In this document: positions 61,182 to 64,000 of the stretch, piece by piece
Layout: each line of letters opens with the position of its first letter
Position numbering within the stretch: the stretch's first letter is position 1
Source: an uncultured archaeon
GTDB taxonomy: Archaea > Asgardarchaeota > Lokiarchaeia > Sigyniarchaeales > SOKP01
Assembly: GCA_964486045.1 (NCBI GenBank)
Contig: CAZALK010000005.1
Coordinates: 1-64,000 of the forward strand
Length of the DNA: 64,000 nucleotides
Direction: 5' to 3'
Position numbers and translations under genes: made by a program
The notes under the pieces: model-generated
Database searches by the model: none
What the model was told of the DNA's origin: nothing
Seen by the model: the letters and a program-made list of their open reading frames with translations, nothing else

Positions 61182-61901
61182 GTGAATGACGAAGAAGAAT
61201 CAACAAAAAGAACTCGACAGAGAGAATTTTCAAATAGATTCATAAAAATTCCCGTAGATTTTCTAATTAAGCACAATTTTACTCCTAATAAGATCTCATT
61301 AATAGGATTCATATTATCCTCAATTGGGTCATTTTTAATAGCTATTGGTTGGATGTATGCTTCAATTTGGTTTTCTTGGATAGTACCTGTTTTTATTGGG
61401 TTAGCGGGTACTTTTGACCTCCTTGATGGAGAAGTGGCAAGAAGAACTGGTCATGAAACTCCGGCTGGAGCATATCTAGATTCAAATTTAGATAGACTTT
61501 CTGATGCTGTACTTATTTTAGGTTTTATTTATGGAGGTTTGATTGATTATTTATTAGGTTACATAATTTTGTTCTTAGTTATAATGATTTCTTATACACG
61601 TTCAAGAGCTGAGAATGAAGGAGTTGATATGAAAGGAATCGGATTTATGGAACGAGCTGAACGAGTATTATTTTTAATATTTACAATAATAATAGAATTG
61701 ATCTTTTATTTTTCAACCTTGCTCATATTTGGTAAACCGATAACAATTTCTATCCCATTTATATCAGGAGGGCCAGTCACACCAATTTTTCTTATAGGCA
61801 TTATTATTTTTGTAGTTTCATTAATCTACACAATCATACAGAGATTAAGTTTTGCCTCTAGGAATTTAAAGAACAGAAGCCTAAACGAAGAGGAAATTTA
61901 A
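61182..61901 (+). CDS. CDP-alcohol phosphatidyltransferase (probable archaetidylinositol phosphate synthase)
   Basis: TPN.IS, DLLDGEVAR...GAYLDSNLDRLSD, SYTRSRAE and ERAER motifs; precedes rps26e. Confidence 0.9.
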   Translation: MNDEEESTKRTRQREFSNRFIKIPVDFLIKHNFTPNKISLIGFILSSIGSFLIAIGWMYASIWFSWIVPVFIGLAGTFDLLDGEVARRTGHETPAGAYLDSNLDRLSDAVLILGFIYGGLIDYLLGYIILFLVIMISYTRSRAENEGVDMKGIGFMERAERVLFLIFTIIIELIFYFSTLLIFGKPITISIPFISGGPVTPIFLIGIIIFVVSLIYTIIQRLSFASRNLKNRSLNEEEI

Positions 61902-62041
61902 TTTAAGTGCAATAAAACGTCCAATTAACTCAAGTGAAGGTTAATTTCGTAATTTTTCGAGACCAAAGAAAAAATTTTTAAGTTTTAAACAATTGACAAA
62001 TGTAAAGATTATTCATAAAAAATTAAAGCAAGCTGATATTT

Positions 62042-62314
62042 ATTCCTAAAAAAAGAAAAAGTGGCGGAAAAACAGGTTCTAGAAAAGGACAATATAGTAA
62101 AGTTCAATGTACAAAGTGCGGTCGGACTGTTGCTCGTAGTAAAGCTAAAGCTGTTACAAGAAGAGTCTCTTTAGTTGATTCTCGGATGTATGCTGAATTA
62201 AAAAAAACAGGAACGATCATACAAACTCCCACTAAGACGAAGTATTATTGTATTTCATGTGCAGTGCACAGTCATCAAATTTCGCAGAGAGATAAGAGGA
62301 CAAGGAAAGGTTAA
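62042..62314 (+). CDS. rps26e: 30S ribosomal protein S26e (missing from the ORF track; ATT start)
   Basis: (I)PKKRKSGG...VQCTKCGR.V.RSKA...YYCISCAVH. Confidence 0.95.
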   Translation: MPKKRKSGGKTGSRKGQYSKVQCTKCGRTVARSKAKAVTRRVSLVDSRMYAELKKTGTIIQTPTKTKYYCISCAVHSHQISQRDKRTRKG

Positions 62315-62737
62315 CGTATTTTCTTACATTTCGAGCAGTTTCCTAACATATTTGCATAAATTTGGAACTAAATTAATTGATGATGAGTAATTAAATTGGT
62401 TTAGTTTTAGTGTATGAACCTAATGACTAAACAGATAAAATAGCAATATAAATTATATTTCCGATTAATTCCTTAACACTTAATATTATTGTGGGTTATA
62501 TTTGTTCCAATCCCATTTTTTTTCGACTAATTCTAAGATGTCATCAGGAACTTCTTCAGAAATTCTATCTCTGGTGGGAATCGTGATCGATAAGATAATC
62601 TTAATCTATCTAAAAAGATTTTTCTAATTTAACCTTAAAATATAGGTTTTGATTATATTAGTATAAGCCTTTAAACTTAAATTCATAGAACCTTTATCAT
62701 TTAATATAATTCTTAATTCTGTCGCAGTTATAAAAAA

Positions 62738-63898
62738 ATGAAAGAATTTAAAGTAAATAAAAGTATAACTCTTAAGTTGGAAAACAATAAGACGAACATC
62801 TACATTAATGATGAATTATTCCTCCAATGTAAATTTTTATTGCTAAATATCCCAACTGGTGGTGTTAATTCACCCAAAATTATTAACTCGATTGATGAGG
62901 CTGCAGAAGAATTGGATAGTTACTTAGAGGTCGGAGTTGATTATAAACTAAAGATGTCTGCAGAAGATGAATACTGGGCACATTCTTCAAATCTACAAGC
63001 ATGGTCTGAAAATGAATATGATACTCGAATCCTTCATAGCAATTTATCATTTTCGCTGCTAAAAAAACTATCTGAAAGCGGAGATTTGCTGGCTAAAAGG
63101 AAATACAAAGAAGAGATAGCAAAAAGGTTTATATATGGTAATAATAAGATTCAAGATTTCCTTTTAGAAGAAAATTACTTAAATGACCTATCTAAAGAGG
63201 AATTATTAAGTGTAGTTAATGAAAGTGATATTATTTTTGAGCTAGAACGCATTTTAAGACAAAATCTGGAAATAAATACATCGTATTATCCATACCCCCA
63301 GGGAATTGTAATAGAAAGCGCTGAGATCAAATGGTTGAGTCTACAAAATTGTAGCCTTAAAAAAATACCTGAACTGGTTAAGGAATTAAAAAAATTAAAA
63401 GGTTTGATTCTCAGAGGAAACTCTTTAGCAACCCTTCCAAATTGGATCGGAGAATTTAAATGGCTGGAGTGGCTAGACGTTTCCAATAATAAATTAAAAG
63501 ATCTTCCAGACTCAATTGGTAATCTACGAACATTAAAAAGATTTGAATTGCAAAATAATAAATTAAAAGATCTTCCAGACTCAATTGGTGACCTAATTCA
63601 GCTTGAAGTCCTTTCAGCTAATGGAAACTTGATAGAAAAACTACCAGACTCAATTGGAAATCTTGCATTGATGAAAAATTTAAGTCTTGGAGATAATGTT
63701 ATAAGTACGATCCCTAAATCAATGGGAAATATGATATCACTTAAAATTCTGGATTTAAGCAAAAATCCGCTTCAAAAACTACCTAATTCAATTTCAAGAC
63801 TCGAAAATTTAGAAAGTCTTTATCTAAGGGGAATTACCCAAAGCTTCTCAAATCTGAAAAATGATCTACGACGAAAAAAAATCATAATAATAAAATAA
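62738..63898 (+). CDS. Leucine-rich repeat protein, paralog of 34612-35901
   Basis: FKVNKSITLKLE...WAHSSNLQAW; 23-aa LRRs. Confidence 0.9.
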   Translation: MKEFKVNKSITLKLENNKTNIYINDELFLQCKFLLLNIPTGGVNSPKIINSIDEAAEELDSYLEVGVDYKLKMSAEDEYWAHSSNLQAWSENEYDTRILHSNLSFSLLKKLSESGDLLAKRKYKEEIAKRFIYGNNKIQDFLLEENYLNDLSKEELLSVVNESDIIFELERILRQNLEINTSYYPYPQGIVIESAEIKWLSLQNCSLKKIPELVKELKKLKGLILRGNSLATLPNWIGEFKWLEWLDVSNNKLKDLPDSIGNLRTLKRFELQNNKLKDLPDSIGDLIQLEVLSANGNLIEKLPDSIGNLALMKNLSLGDNVISTIPKSMGNMISLKILDLSKNPLQKLPNSISRLENLESLYLRGITQSFSNLKNDLRRKKIIIIK

Positions 63899-64000
63899 TA
63901 AAAATAGGAAAAAATTCTAAAATTATGTGTTGGGTTGCTTTTCTCTTTTTACTGTTAAGTCATCTATTTTTATTTCAGTACCCTCTATTCTCGTAAACAA

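Noticed and set aside
62496-62600. Minus-strand fragment ...IPTRDRISEEVPDDILELVEKKMGLEQI*
   Set aside because: Protein-like but about 35 aa, with no start codon or identifiable family
1-64000. CRISPR array, cas genes or rRNA
   Set aside because: No regularly spaced repeats, cas motifs or rRNA-like sequence seen

Overview
AT-rich archaeal chromosome segment, most likely from an Asgard archaeon (Lokiarchaeia-like). The assignment rests on archaeal information-processing genes occurring together with roadblock/longin proteins and LRR proteins that share a lineage-typical N-terminal domain. Layout: (1) 1-9 kb, signalling and metabolism genes ending at tRNA-Phe, which carries two introns. (2) About 9.3-37 kb, an accessory region spanning tRNA-Gly. 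Its core (about 13.7-33 kb) is a defence-like island with Schlafen/AlbA_2, several HEPN-like, P-loop NTPase, TOPRIM and GmrSD-remnant genes, set inside a fragmented, partly triplicated radical-SAM/alkD locus with many truncated-gene scars and no intact recombinase. (3) 37-64 kb, mostly core genes: nep1, rnp4, yhbY, the rps19e-to-secE superoperon, dnaG, an ArsA/GET3 ATPase, SWIM-SNF2, ahcY, archaeosine synthesis, gar1, tfb, trmY, a CDP-alcohol phosphatidyltransferase and rps26e. Strongest leads: a tandem Lrp/AsnC regulator with a TBP domain inserted between its halves; two unannotated, apparently structured ncRNA candidates (about 34.13-34.25 kb on the minus strand and 60.12-60.43 kb on the plus strand); candidate new defence architectures; and evidence for ATT/ATC start codons, including rps26e. 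All family calls are from motif recognition by eye; no database searches were run.
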